The notes beneath the pieces are model-generated. The model saw nothing but the letters and a program-made list of their open reading frames with translations. It was not told the origin of the DNA and searched no databases. This document shows, in pieces, positions 18,097-26,650 of a stretch of DNA of 64,000 bases. Each line of letters opens with the position of its first letter. Within the stretch, counting starts at the first letter, position 1. A program made the translations under genes and the position numbers. The stretch covers positions 22,752-86,751 of IMG/VR virus record IMGVR_UViG_3300048921_000363; one strand, written 5' to 3'. This DNA comes from a virus.

Positions 18097-19896
18097 CTAA
18101 AGCTTTACACCATACATATTCTCAACCCTAATAGAGTTGAGTTTATTCTCACCCCCAACTTTCTTTAAAGCATCCACTACTGCGTGACTAATCGCCGCAT
18201 AGAGCTCCGCATCATCCGAATTTGTAGTCGATATATTTCGAAAAGAGAGCAACCCACTTCTAATCTTTGTAGTTATATTTTCGGGAGATGAGCGCATCCA
18301 CTGTACATAGTCATCTACAGTCAAGGTTGCGAGATATGCCACATCCTCCGGACTCCAAGACCGTTCAGTTGCGATCCGCCATGAGATATCATCAATATTA
18401 TAATTCTTACCCGACTTACCCGCCTCAATGACTTTTGACCGTAGCGATGCATTCTTAACGCGTTCCAAGGTCCAAGAAGACATGATGGCATCATCCTTGA
18501 AACTATCATAATGAATGGATATGTAATCATCTATATATGCGTTAACGGATTCACCCATTTCCTCCAACATCTCAATAGCAGAGGAAAAGTCAGATAATGA
18601 AATGCTTTTCAGCTCTCTATCAAGGATACTTTTAAGCTCAGACTTAAACTTCTCGGCGTCATCCCCAAAAGAATCATGGTAAATCTTCCACGCACTCTTT
18701 AGTTCAGCGTCAACATTACTCTTACGATAATGCTCTTCGACCTCTTTAAATACCCGTAAGACCGAGAGTTCATCAACATACCCACACTCTAGATAATTTC
18801 CGATTAGAGAGTCAAACTTTGATTCAGACATTTGCAGATCAATGTTTATGTTTTTGAATGCCAACTGACCTTCAGTCAAGCTTTCCGCACTTGCGGATAG
18901 GTACTTTGCCCATGACCCGCCTACTAAGCTGCTCCGAAGATCTGCATATTTTATAAAACTACTGCCCAGATAATAGGATGAACACAATACCGCCGCATGC
19001 AAATAAAACTCGCAAACCAAGCCATCCTCTTTATCTTTGAGAAATGAAGCATGCGCATGCAATAAAGCTCTTAATTTACGGAGTACCCTTACGTTCTTTA
19101 CACCTATCCTAAGCACCACCGACTTCAAATATTCAACTTGATTTAATTCGGTTGTAAAGACATGAGAAAAGTTTGTGTCGCAAGACGGGTTATATAACAA
19201 CTCAGCGTCAACTACTTTTTCCCGGTACGACTCAAACTGTTCTAAGTCTTTGCTGTCTTTATCAAAAGATTTTTCATTAAAAATCAGTACAACCTTACAT
19301 GACTTGCGTTGAGCCAATTCATCTGCCAGCCCCATCAACTCTTTGATGCTTAGCGAACTTCCCTTCCGCTCTATATCATCAAAACAAACGACGTAGTTAT
19401 TTACCACACTGTATTCAACACTGGACAACAGGCTAGAAAACTTGTCAAGCACCGGAATTTTTTTTGCCGTACCACTGATCCAACCCAGCCAGGGCAGCTT
19501 ATTTTTTGCAAACTGGAGAGTAGACTTAACTTTTGGAAACTTTGAATAAAGCGTATTAGATTTTTCCAGCTCTATTTCAAATGAACGGATAACCGCATCA
19601 TCAGAAGCGATAGCTCTTCCACTTTGAAATACACTAGCCTTAATATCTGCGAGAGAATTCTTTCCAAACAGGGAAACATAGCTATATGCAATTTGCTTCA
19701 GATCTTTTTTCTGGATTCGGCTGTTTATATATTCTTCCCAGAAAAAAGTTTTTCCGACACCCCAATCTCCCCTTATTACTACAACTCCAGAGTTCGACTC
19801 GAAAAAGACATCAAAAGATTTTTTCAAATACTCCATATTCTCAAAGTCCTTTTTTCTGTGAATAGACCGCATCATATCAATGAGCCACACCTTCAT
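18097..19896 (-). CDS. KAP-family P-loop NTPase (AT-rich moron)
   Basis: Walker A GDWGVGKT, YVSLFG, Walker B CFDDIER, YREKVVD; start uncertain. Confidence 0.85.
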   Translation of the reverse strand: MKVWLIDMMRSIHRKKDFENMEYLKKSFDVFFESNSGVVVIRGDWGVGKTFFWEEYINSRIQKKDLKQIAYSYVSLFGKNSLADIKASVFQSGRAIASDDAVIRSFEIELEKSNTLYSKFPKVKSTLQFAKNKLPWLGWISGTAKKIPVLDKFSSLLSSVEYSVVNNYVVCFDDIERKGSSLSIKELMGLADELAQRKSCKVVLIFNEKSFDKDSKDLEQFESYREKVVDAELLYNPSCDTNFSHVFTTELNQVEYLKSVVLRIGVKNVRVLRKLRALLHAHASFLKDKEDGLVCEFYLHAAVLCSSYYLGSSFIKYADLRSSLVGGSWAKYLSASAESLTEGQLAFKNINIDLQMSESKFDSLIGNYLECGYVDELSVLRVFKEVEEHYRKSNVDAELKSAWKIYHDSFGDDAEKFKSELKSILDRELKSISLSDFSSAIEMLEEMGESVNAYIDDYISIHYDSFKDDAIMSSWTLERVKNASLRSKVIEAGKSGKNYNIDDISWRIATERSWSPEDVAYLATLTVDDYVQWMRSSPENITTKIRSGLLSFRNISTTNSDDAELYAAISHAVVDALKKVGGENKLNSIRVENMYGVKL

Positions 19897-19925
19897 CGCA
19901 AGCCTTTCACGATGCAGTCGTAATA

Positions 19926-19969
19926 ATCAACCATGGGTTGTTGACAAAAAACAACCACTGGTTGATATT
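19926..19969 (+). promoter_or_regulatory. OL-like operators and pL-like promoter
   Basis: ATCAACCATGGGTTGTT 19926-19942; AACAACCACTGGTTGAT 19950-19966; TTGACA 19941-19946, 17-bp spacer, GATATT 19964-19969. Confidence 0.8.
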
Positions 19970-20004
19970 CATCTCACTCTTCCACCACAGAGCGAGGCAA
20001 TACC

Positions 20005-20181
20005 ATGCACACCACAGCAACCCTGCACGTCCACCCGGCCGCTGCTGACCCCTTCCGAATCTTCGAGATCCGCCGCCTAGCCCGCGAGTGCGGCTGCGCG
20101 TTTGTCACCACCAAACTGAAGCAGCAAACGCGCACAGCCCCCGCCCCATTCGACCCGAACGGCGGAGGGCATGCTGCATGA
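20005..20181 (+). CDS. Small hypothetical protein, first gene of the pL-like operon
   Basis: Not in the ORF track; GAGG RBS; MHTTATLHVHPAAADPFRIFEIRRLARECGC...GHAA; ATGA overlap with the next gene. Confidence 0.7.
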   Translation: MHTTATLHVHPAAADPFRIFEIRRLARECGCAFVTTKLKQQTRTAPAPFDPNGGGHAA

Positions 20182-20768
20182 TCAAGTACAGAATCGACAA
20201 CCGCACCCTGCAGTTGCTGAACGCCCAGGTCAACCTGACCGAGACCTTCAACCACGTCCTCCGGACAGCGCCCAAGCGTGAATGCCTGGCGTTCCGTCTC
20301 AAGGTCGAACGAGGCACAACAGAGAGCACCTTCGTCGTCGAGCTGGGCAGCGAACGCCACACGCTGACCCTGCAGAACGACAAGAAAACGCACCTCAAGC
20401 TGGCCGACTTTATCGAAGAGATTGCCAACGGCCCATTCGACGCGAGCAACACCAGCGACCTGGTGCACCGCCCGCATGCCAGTCGCAAATACGGCCGCTT
20501 CGAAGTCTCCGACAAACAACGCGTATTCGAGCTGGTACGCACCGGCGGCGTGCTGAGCCTCGACATGGGCTTCGACTCCCCCCTGCAGGTCGCGCTGCAC
20601 CGCACCCAATCACGCTCGGGTGTCACTACCATCCTGAGCATCGGCAACACAAACCCGCACACCCGGTGCTTCACCGTATACGGCACCGATGTCGAGATCT
20701 ACGGCAAGGTCACCGAGTCCATCAACCACCTCGCTGCAGCGGCCACCCCAGCCGCGCACGCGGCATGA
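20178..20768 (+). CDS. Hypothetical phage protein
   Basis: MIKYRIDNRT...; translationally coupled, phage-like codon usage. Confidence 0.75.
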   Translation: MIKYRIDNRTLQLLNAQVNLTETFNHVLRTAPKRECLAFRLKVERGTTESTFVVELGSERHTLTLQNDKKTHLKLADFIEEIANGPFDASNTSDLVHRPHASRKYGRFEVSDKQRVFELVRTGGVLSLDMGFDSPLQVALHRTQSRSGVTTILSIGNTNPHTRCFTVYGTDVEIYGKVTESINHLAAAATPAAHAA

Positions 20769-20778
20769 GGGGGACGCT

Positions 20779-21063
20779 ATGGAACGTACCCTCGCCCAAG
20801 CCGCAACCAAACTCGGCCTCACTCGGCCAAAACTCATCGCTCGCATGCGGGAAAAAGGTCTGCTCAACGAGAAGAACCTACCGGCCTACCCCAACCGTGA
20901 CCGCGATTACCTGCGCATCAATAACGGTCAGTGGTACCACGACCAGTTCGGCATGCAGTACAGCCAGTCGACCAGGGTGAAACAACCCGGCATCCGCTGG
21001 CTGGCCGAACAGTTGGGCATCGACCTGCCTGCCATCCCGGCAGACAGCCGTGACGTGGCCTAG
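20779..21063 (+). CDS. Antirepressor KilAC-domain-like protein
   Basis: AATKLGLTRPKLIARMREKGLL...NLP...TRVKQPGIRWL pattern. Confidence 0.7.
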   Translation: MERTLAQAATKLGLTRPKLIARMREKGLLNEKNLPAYPNRDRDYLRINNGQWYHDQFGMQYSQSTRVKQPGIRWLAEQLGIDLPAIPADSRDVA

Positions 21064-21229
21064 GAAATACGCCCGCCAGATCATCGCCATGCGGACACGA
21101 GAGGAGCGCAACGCCGCGCTCCTGGAAGTGCCCGAACATCTGCGCGAGCTGACCAGAACCCACTGCCTGAACGCCTGGAACCACCCGGCCCGAAAACAAC
21201 GCAAGGAGGCCCAACAGAGCCATGAGTAA
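21050..21229 (+). CDS. Small hypothetical protein
   Basis: Hand translation from GTG: TWPRKYARQIIAMRTREERNAALLEVPEHLRELTRTH...; fills the operon gap. Confidence 0.55.
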   Translation: MTWPRKYARQIIAMRTREERNAALLEVPEHLRELTRTHCLNAWNHPARKQRKEAQQSHE

Positions 21230-21539
21230 CACAGCACAAAACCCGCTGCGCCTGCACCCGGCACCGGAGTCAGCCACCGTCGAACTGCTCTACCGCATCT
21301 TCGGCGACGTCCTGATCCCGCTCGACAAAGTGCGCGAACAGTACTTCCGCAACCTCAACGAGCAATCGTTCGTGGCCGAGATCAGCAGCGGCCGTATCCA
21401 GCTGCCCATCACCACGCTGGACACCAGCCGCAAGGCACCCAAGTACGCCCACATCCGGCACGTCGCCTCACTGATCGACATCCGCGCCTACAAGGCCGAC
21501 GAAGACATGCAGCGGCAGCAGGAAGAAACAAACGAGTAA
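21222..21539 (+). CDS. Pyocin activator PrtN-family protein
   Basis: LLYRIFGDVLIPLDKVREQYF...IQLPI...SRKA...HIRHVASLID. Confidence 0.8.
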   Translation: MSNTAQNPLRLHPAPESATVELLYRIFGDVLIPLDKVREQYFRNLNEQSFVAEISSGRIQLPITTLDTSRKAPKYAHIRHVASLIDIRAYKADEDMQRQQEETNE

Positions 21540-21595
21540 CCCCAAAACCGAACGGCTGCAACCACCAGCCAATGACATCACCAGGAGCACACCAC

Positions 21596-22075
21596 ATGAC
21601 AGAAGTTCAGATCTACGCACTGATAGCAATCATCCTAATGATTGCCGCCATCTGCTGGCTCGCCTACCGGAATGGCTACAGCAACGGCCATGCCGATGGC
21701 CAATCACAAGGCTACAGCGAAGGCTATGACGTCGGCGGCTGCGTTGGGTATCGCGATGGCGTCGACGAGGGGAAAGCGATTCAGCGCTCTGACGACTCGG
21801 TGGAGATCCGCAACCTGACGCACTCCCTCGAACAGGCTCAAGAACACCGCAAGAAACTGTTCGCACATTACGAACGCGCCTTGTCGGCATCGAAGCTCGG
21901 AGAGCCTGCACGCCAGACCCTACTGGAAATCGCCGAAAAACTGCGCATCGCTTCCGAAACATTCGCCGCCTTCCGCACCGGAAAAAAACTCGAACGCGAC
22001 ACACGCACCCTTCGCGACCAGGCACTCGCCATAGCAGCCCTGCTGGAACCAGCAGACCAGGAGAGGGCCGCATGA
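21596..22075 (+). CDS. Membrane-anchored hypothetical protein with GxxxG repeats
   Basis: AGGAG RBS; N-terminal TM segment followed by GYSNGHADGQSQGYSEGYDVGGCVGYRDG. Confidence 0.75.
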   Translation: MTEVQIYALIAIILMIAAICWLAYRNGYSNGHADGQSQGYSEGYDVGGCVGYRDGVDEGKAIQRSDDSVEIRNLTHSLEQAQEHRKKLFAHYERALSASKLGEPARQTLLEIAEKLRIASETFAAFRTGKKLERDTRTLRDQALAIAALLEPADQERAA

Positions 22076-22680
22076 GCCAGACCTGCCCCCAATCCAAAAC
22101 CCACCGCAACCCGGCCTACACCCAAGTAGCGGCAGATGAACCAACGCGCAATCGAACTTCGGAGGAAAGCGGCATGCAAAAGGACCAGAACGACAACCAA
22201 CCCACGACCGCTTTGCTCCGCAAGGAAACCAGCGTCGACGCATTAGAAACAAGCAGCCTCTGCTGCGCAGCAGCAGGCATTATTGCATCTTCCAGCAGCA
22301 CCGCTGAGGCACTTATACCCCACGAAAAGCTGCGCGAGGCAGCCACACCCAATGCAACGCTAACCGCTCAAAATCGCCCGCCCGCGCAGCTTGCTGTGGG
22401 GTATCCGCCCCCTGACAGCAACTCTGATAGTCCATCACAAGAAGCCGTCGACGAAGTGCAGATCGACGAGCGCGTCGAGTTCGAGAAAGAGTTCCCGATC
22501 CCTGAGGGCCTGAAGCACTGCGCCCAGCGAGGCACCTACATCACCGCACCAGGTACGGAGACATCCGACTCTTTCGCCCGTGAGCATTACGCGTACCGGG
22601 CCGGCTTCGTAGCATGGAAGCGCAGAGCCTGGAAGCACGCCGCACTCGTTGGCCAACAAGCCGAAGGAGTCCGCACGTGA
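22072..22680 (+). CDS. Hypothetical phage protein
   Basis: ATGA/GTGA overlaps with both neighbours. Confidence 0.65.
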   Translation: MSQTCPQSKTHRNPAYTQVAADEPTRNRTSEESGMQKDQNDNQPTTALLRKETSVDALETSSLCCAAAGIIASSSSTAEALIPHEKLREAATPNATLTAQNRPPAQLAVGYPPPDSNSDSPSQEAVDEVQIDERVEFEKEFPIPEGLKHCAQRGTYITAPGTETSDSFAREHYAYRAGFVAWKRRAWKHAALVGQQAEGVRT

Positions 22681-24668
22681 TCAAGCGCACTTTCAAACAC
22701 TTCCACATGTGCTGCGGGCTGGGCAGTGGTGCCGCAGGTTTTAGTGACTCCAAGCCTGCATTGGGTTCAGTACAAGCCGAATGGCGATGCTTGGGCGGTG
22801 TTGACGTCGACTCTGCTGGACTACGCGACTTTCAAATGATGACTGGCGTGCCAGGGACGTTGATGGATCTGTTTACCCGCGAGCAGTTCACTGCATTCCA
22901 CGGTCAGGAACCGCCGTCTCACTGGAAAGAGGCCACCGCTGAAGATCTGCGCCGCGCTGCCGGCAACGAAGATCCGGACGCCGTGTTCATAAGCAGTCCG
23001 TGCAAAGGCGCCTCGGGGTTGTTGTCCGAGACGATGAGTCAGACGCCAAAGTACCAAGCCCTGAACGAACTGACGCTCCGCTGCGTGTGGCTGATGTGTG
23101 AGGCATGGAAGCATAACCCCGTCTCGCTGATCATCTTCGAGAACGTGCCACGCTTGGCCACTCGCGGCCGACACCTTCTAGATCAGATCAACAAGCTGCT
23201 CAGTTTCTATGGATACGCGGTCGCTGAAACCACCCACGACTGCGGTGAGATCGGTGGCCTGGCACAGAGCCGCAAGCGGTTCTTGCTGGTCGCAAGGCAC
23301 GTCGAGAAAGTCCCAGCGTTCCTTTATCAGCCTGAAAAACGCAGCCTGCGAGCCGTCGGCGATGTGCTCAGCCGCATGCCGCTGGCGGGAGACATCGAAC
23401 AGGCCGGACCGATGCATCGTGTGCCGGCACTGCAATGGAAGACATGGGTTCGACTGGCACTGGTAGAGGCCGGCAAAGATTGGCGCAGCCTTAGCCGATT
23501 CGCGATAGAGGATGGCCATCTACGCGACTTCGTGATCGTGCCCGAATATCGCGCCGGCTATCTGGGAATAAACACCTGGACCGAAAACGCCGGCACCGTA
23601 GCCGGCAGATCCACACCTACCAATGGCAAGTTCTCAGTCGCCGACCCAAGGCCTACCAGCAAATTCGAATACACCCAATACGGCGTGCTGCCCTTCGATC
23701 GCCACTGCGGCGTCGTAACAGGGCAGCGAAGCCCAGGGCAAGGCACATTCAGCGTGGCCGACCCACGCATGACCGGTGGAAGTCACACCAATGTATTCCG
23801 CGTGATTAACAACGATCAAGCCGCTGGCACCGTAACCACCAGTCACGGTCCGAGCTCCGGTGGACAGGCAGTGGCAGACCCTCGACAGCCAACCAAGGGC
23901 TTCGGCAAATACCTAGTAACTGACTACACCAAACCAGCAGGCACCGTCATCGCCGGGAGCACCACCGGGCAAGGCGCTTTTGCCGTAGCAGATCCTGCTT
24001 ACAAGAACTGGCATAAAGGCGCCAGCACCCAAAAGTTACGCGTCACGCCATGGGGCAAATCAGCCAGGACAGTGACCGGCTCGCAGCAGGTCGCCAGCGG
24101 TGCCCTCTCTATCGCGGACCCACGCCCAGGCATGTCTCGCAGCAAAGGCGACGCATACCTCACCGGTGGGCATTACGGCGTGGTCGATTGGAAAGATCCA
24201 GCCGGCGCCGTATCCGCCAGTGCATGCCATGACAATGGCAGATGGTCCGTTGCAGACCATCGAATGCCAGCCGCCAATGACCGACTCACCTGCATGATCG
24301 CCAGCCTCGACGGTACCTGGCATCGGCCTTTTACAACGCTGGAACTGGCCGCGCTGCAGTCGTTGTTTGATCCAGAGGAACATTGGTCTACTGATGCGCA
24401 GACAGTTCGTGACATTCAGATGATGCAGCACGCCCGCAAGATCGAGAACGCGAGGTTCTTTCAACTGGACGGTATCAACGATGGCAGCCATCGCGAACGC
24501 ATCGGCAACGCAGTGCCGCGTGCGGCAGCAAAAGCCATGGCCGACGTGTTCGGTATGACACTGCTACTGTCAGACGCTGGCGAGACGTTCATGCTCAGCA
24601 ACGTATCAATCTGGGTTCAGCCGGTAGCCGTTGCCCTAAGCGCTTCCATTCGGGAGGTTCAGGCATGA
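22677..24668 (+). CDS. DNA cytosine-5 methyltransferase with six internal ADPR-type repeats
   Basis: Motif I CCGLGSG, IV SSPCKG, VI ENV, VIII QSRKR, X RIGNAV; AAGGAG RBS before GTG. Confidence 0.88.
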   Translation: MIKRTFKHFHMCCGLGSGAAGFSDSKPALGSVQAEWRCLGGVDVDSAGLRDFQMMTGVPGTLMDLFTREQFTAFHGQEPPSHWKEATAEDLRRAAGNEDPDAVFISSPCKGASGLLSETMSQTPKYQALNELTLRCVWLMCEAWKHNPVSLIIFENVPRLATRGRHLLDQINKLLSFYGYAVAETTHDCGEIGGLAQSRKRFLLVARHVEKVPAFLYQPEKRSLRAVGDVLSRMPLAGDIEQAGPMHRVPALQWKTWVRLALVEAGKDWRSLSRFAIEDGHLRDFVIVPEYRAGYLGINTWTENAGTVAGRSTPTNGKFSVADPRPTSKFEYTQYGVLPFDRHCGVVTGQRSPGQGTFSVADPRMTGGSHTNVFRVINNDQAAGTVTTSHGPSSGGQAVADPRQPTKGFGKYLVTDYTKPAGTVIAGSTTGQGAFAVADPAYKNWHKGASTQKLRVTPWGKSARTVTGSQQVASGALSIADPRPGMSRSKGDAYLTGGHYGVVDWKDPAGAVSASACHDNGRWSVADHRMPAANDRLTCMIASLDGTWHRPFTTLELAALQSLFDPEEHWSTDAQTVRDIQMMQHARKIENARFFQLDGINDGSHRERIGNAVPRAAAKAMADVFGMTLLLSDAGETFMLSNVSIWVQPVAVALSASIREVQA

Positions 24669-24934
24669 ACACTTTGTTCTTACTCATGGCTCAATACGAC
24701 GGACAGGCAGTTATCCCACTTGATCGCGTCTGCGCGGATTACATGCATTTAACAGTGGAAAAATTTAAGCGCAAACAACTAGATGGCGAAATAGATATAC
24801 CCGTTGTTCGCTTGGGCGCTAACAGTCAAAAGGCAGCGTTAGGAATTCACCTTAAGGATCTGGCGGACTACATAGATAGACAAAGGGAAAAAGCAGCCAA
24901 AGAGCAAAATTTACTAATGGGCCGTGCTGCATGA
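24665..24934 (+). CDS. PrtN-family DNA-binding protein (possible excisionase)
   Basis: MNTLFLLMAQYDGQAVIPL..VC.DY...SQKA...HLKDLADYID; next to the integrase. Confidence 0.8.
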   Translation: MNTLFLLMAQYDGQAVIPLDRVCADYMHLTVEKFKRKQLDGEIDIPVVRLGANSQKAALGIHLKDLADYIDRQREKAAKEQNLLMGRAA

Positions 24935-24960
24935 AAAAAGGGGCTGACGCCCCTTTTTTT
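24934..24960. terminator. Bidirectional intrinsic terminator
   Basis: AAAAAAGGGGC-TGAC-GCCCCTTTTTTT between convergent genes. Confidence 0.85.
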
Positions 24961-25270
24961 AAAGTTTGAATTCTTTCAACTCGCCCAAATTGTCTTTGAC
25001 CTGACCATTACGGTCGGTCGAAAGAAAACTCTCTCCGACCACATGAATACGCTCCCCACCGTTCCACACTTTCGTATCTGTATTCCACACAGCAGTTCGA
25101 AAATTCGCGGTTTCCGTCGTAATCAAATTCGCAACGAACTCTCTGCTGCTGACCATAGCGGCCCCGACTGTCAACTCAGCGCGATTCCGATGGCGCACAT
25201 GCACATGGGTAATGTGGGATTTTTTTTCATCGTATCGAACTGCGGTTACATAATAATCCGTCATTTCCAT
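24959..25270 (-). CDS. DUF3892-like protein (moron)
   Basis: YYVTAVRY...ITHV...FLSTDRNGQVKDNLGEL pattern; AT-rich. Confidence 0.7.
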   Translation of the reverse strand: MEMTDYYVTAVRYDEKKSHITHVHVRHRNRAELTVGAAMVSSREFVANLITTETANFRTAVWNTDTKVWNGGERIHVVGESFLSTDRNGQVKDNLGELKEFKL

Positions 25271-25327
25271 TCCCTAAATTTAAGAACAACACGGCGATTT
25301 GATAGTAGTGGCGATGTAAAATCAACC

Positions 25328-26446
25328 CTAAGTGCCATCACCTATCAATTCCCTAAATTCATTTAACCTCAGCATCCACAACCAGCCACTATACCGATCT
25401 CCTCGCCCGCGGAGATGCGTATACCTCCGCAGCGAGTTCCAGTCCCGGTGTCCTGAGACACTAGACACTCTAGGAATGTCCCAGTCCATTTCGAAAAGCC
25501 GGCTAACCCCCTCGTGTCTAAGGTCATGGAAGTGTAAATCCTCAATACCAAGCATCGGGCACGCCCGCGTGAAAGCAGCCGAAACCGACCTAGCGTTGTA
25601 AGGGAAGATCTCCCGCTCGACCTTGGGCATGCTCTGCAGAATGGCCCAAGCCTCATCAGGCAGATAACACCACACATCATTACCAATCTTTTGCCCGGGG
25701 TTCTTCATATCGCGCACCAGGACCGACTGCCGAGACTCATCGAGATCATCCCAACGGATACGCGTAATTTCCTCCTGTCGGCGCGTCGAAAAAAGCGCAA
25801 AGGCGATCACCTTCGGCATGTCGATCTGAGCTTTACGACGTTCCTGCATTTCGAAGAAATGCGCCATGAGCTTGTCCAGCTCATCAAGCGTCGGCCGGCG
25901 ATTACGCTCTCTGCTCTTGCTCACCATACCTAGCTTGCGCAACACCTTCCTGGCATCAGACATGGCCAGCGGATCCACCTCATAGCCCCAAGCTGGACGC
26001 GCCACAGACAACACCGCCCCCAAGTGTGAGAGATCATTTCCGACCGTTTGCGCCTGAACGCCGCCGCCCTCTTTACTCATCCGCCATTGTGCGAACTCCA
26101 CCAGCTTCTGGCTGGTCAGAGCCGAGTCCTCAAGGTCGCCCAGCCAAGTATGCTTGATCGCTTTCAAGGTGGCGTTCTTGGTCTTGCCCAGCGGCCGGAT
26201 TTTCTCGTACTCGTCCAGGTACTGCTCGATCATCTTCCTGATCGTCACACCCTTACGGTTTGCGCGCTCAATCGCACCAGGCTCAGCCAGCTCCGTCTCA
26301 CGCCGTTTGATCCAAGCCTGGGCGACCTGCTTTCGGTCGAAGGTTTGGCTTTCCTGATAAACTGAGCGCCCGTCCCGATTGATCCGTATCTGCGCTGTGT
26401 AGGCCGTAGAGTTGTCCTTGCGCTTGCGTGATGTGATCGTGCCCAT
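25328..26446 (-). CDS. int: Tyrosine integrase, dusA-associated type
   Basis: STRR, DMKNP, HFHDLRH, SGH, LRRY catalytic residues; adjacent to a dusA fragment. Confidence 0.95.
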   Translation of the reverse strand: MGTITSRKRKDNSTAYTAQIRINRDGRSVYQESQTFDRKQVAQAWIKRRETELAEPGAIERANRKGVTIRKMIEQYLDEYEKIRPLGKTKNATLKAIKHTWLGDLEDSALTSQKLVEFAQWRMSKEGGGVQAQTVGNDLSHLGAVLSVARPAWGYEVDPLAMSDARKVLRKLGMVSKSRERNRRPTLDELDKLMAHFFEMQERRKAQIDMPKVIAFALFSTRRQEEITRIRWDDLDESRQSVLVRDMKNPGQKIGNDVWCYLPDEAWAILQSMPKVEREIFPYNARSVSAAFTRACPMLGIEDLHFHDLRHEGVSRLFEMDWDIPRVSSVSGHRDWNSLRRYTHLRGRGDRYSGWLWMLRLNEFRELIGDGT

Positions 26447-26452
26447 TTCCAG

Positions 26453-26490
26453 TTGCTACATTGCCGAATTCGCTTGCTACATTGTAGCAA
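26453..26490. repeat. Integrase arm-type repeats of prophage 1
   Basis: TTGCTACA at 26453 and 26474, inverted TGTAGCAA at 26483. Confidence 0.65.
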
Positions 26491-26527
26491 CCGACTTCAG
26501 AAAACAAGGGAAAATGGGTAAAAACCG

Positions 26528-26543
26528 CTGTATAAAAGATCAG
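26528..26543. promoter_or_regulatory. LexA (SOS) box candidate
   Basis: CTGTATAAAAGATCAG = CTG-N10-CAG, between the int start and the dusA-fragment start. Confidence 0.65.
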
Positions 26544-26548
26544 TATTA

Positions 26549-26650
26549 ATGAATTTCGAAAAACCTGAAGCGCCCGCAAATACTAGCCCTGCCCGTTCCG
26601 AGCCGTCTCGCCGCTTCAGTGTGGCCCCGATGATGGATTGGCACGGCTAA
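26549..26650 (+). pseudogene. dusA: Displaced dusA 5' fragment supplied by prophage 1
   Basis: [33 protein letters not shown]-stop; shares [12 protein letters not shown] with the intact dusA. Confidence 0.9.
26630..26641 (+). repeat. att core, junction of prophages 1 and 2
   Basis: ATGATGGATTGG, identical to 63863-63874. Confidence 0.88.

Larger units (their letters stand above)
1..26641. mobile_element. Prophage 1 (lambda-like head, P2-like contractile tail), right part; integrated at dusA
   Basis: Contiguous tail, head, terminase, replication, immunity and integrase genes ending at att core ATGATGGATTGG (26630-26641); left end lies outside the window. Confidence 0.93.

Noticed and set aside
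21555-21571. GCTGCAAC in prophage 1 as a fourth CUGCAA-loop hairpin
   Set aside because: It folds as GGCTG/CAGCC with a different loop and lacks the conserved RBS segment
22677-24668. Restriction-modification system
   Set aside because: No endonuclease gene next to either methyltransferase; both are orphan genes in early operons
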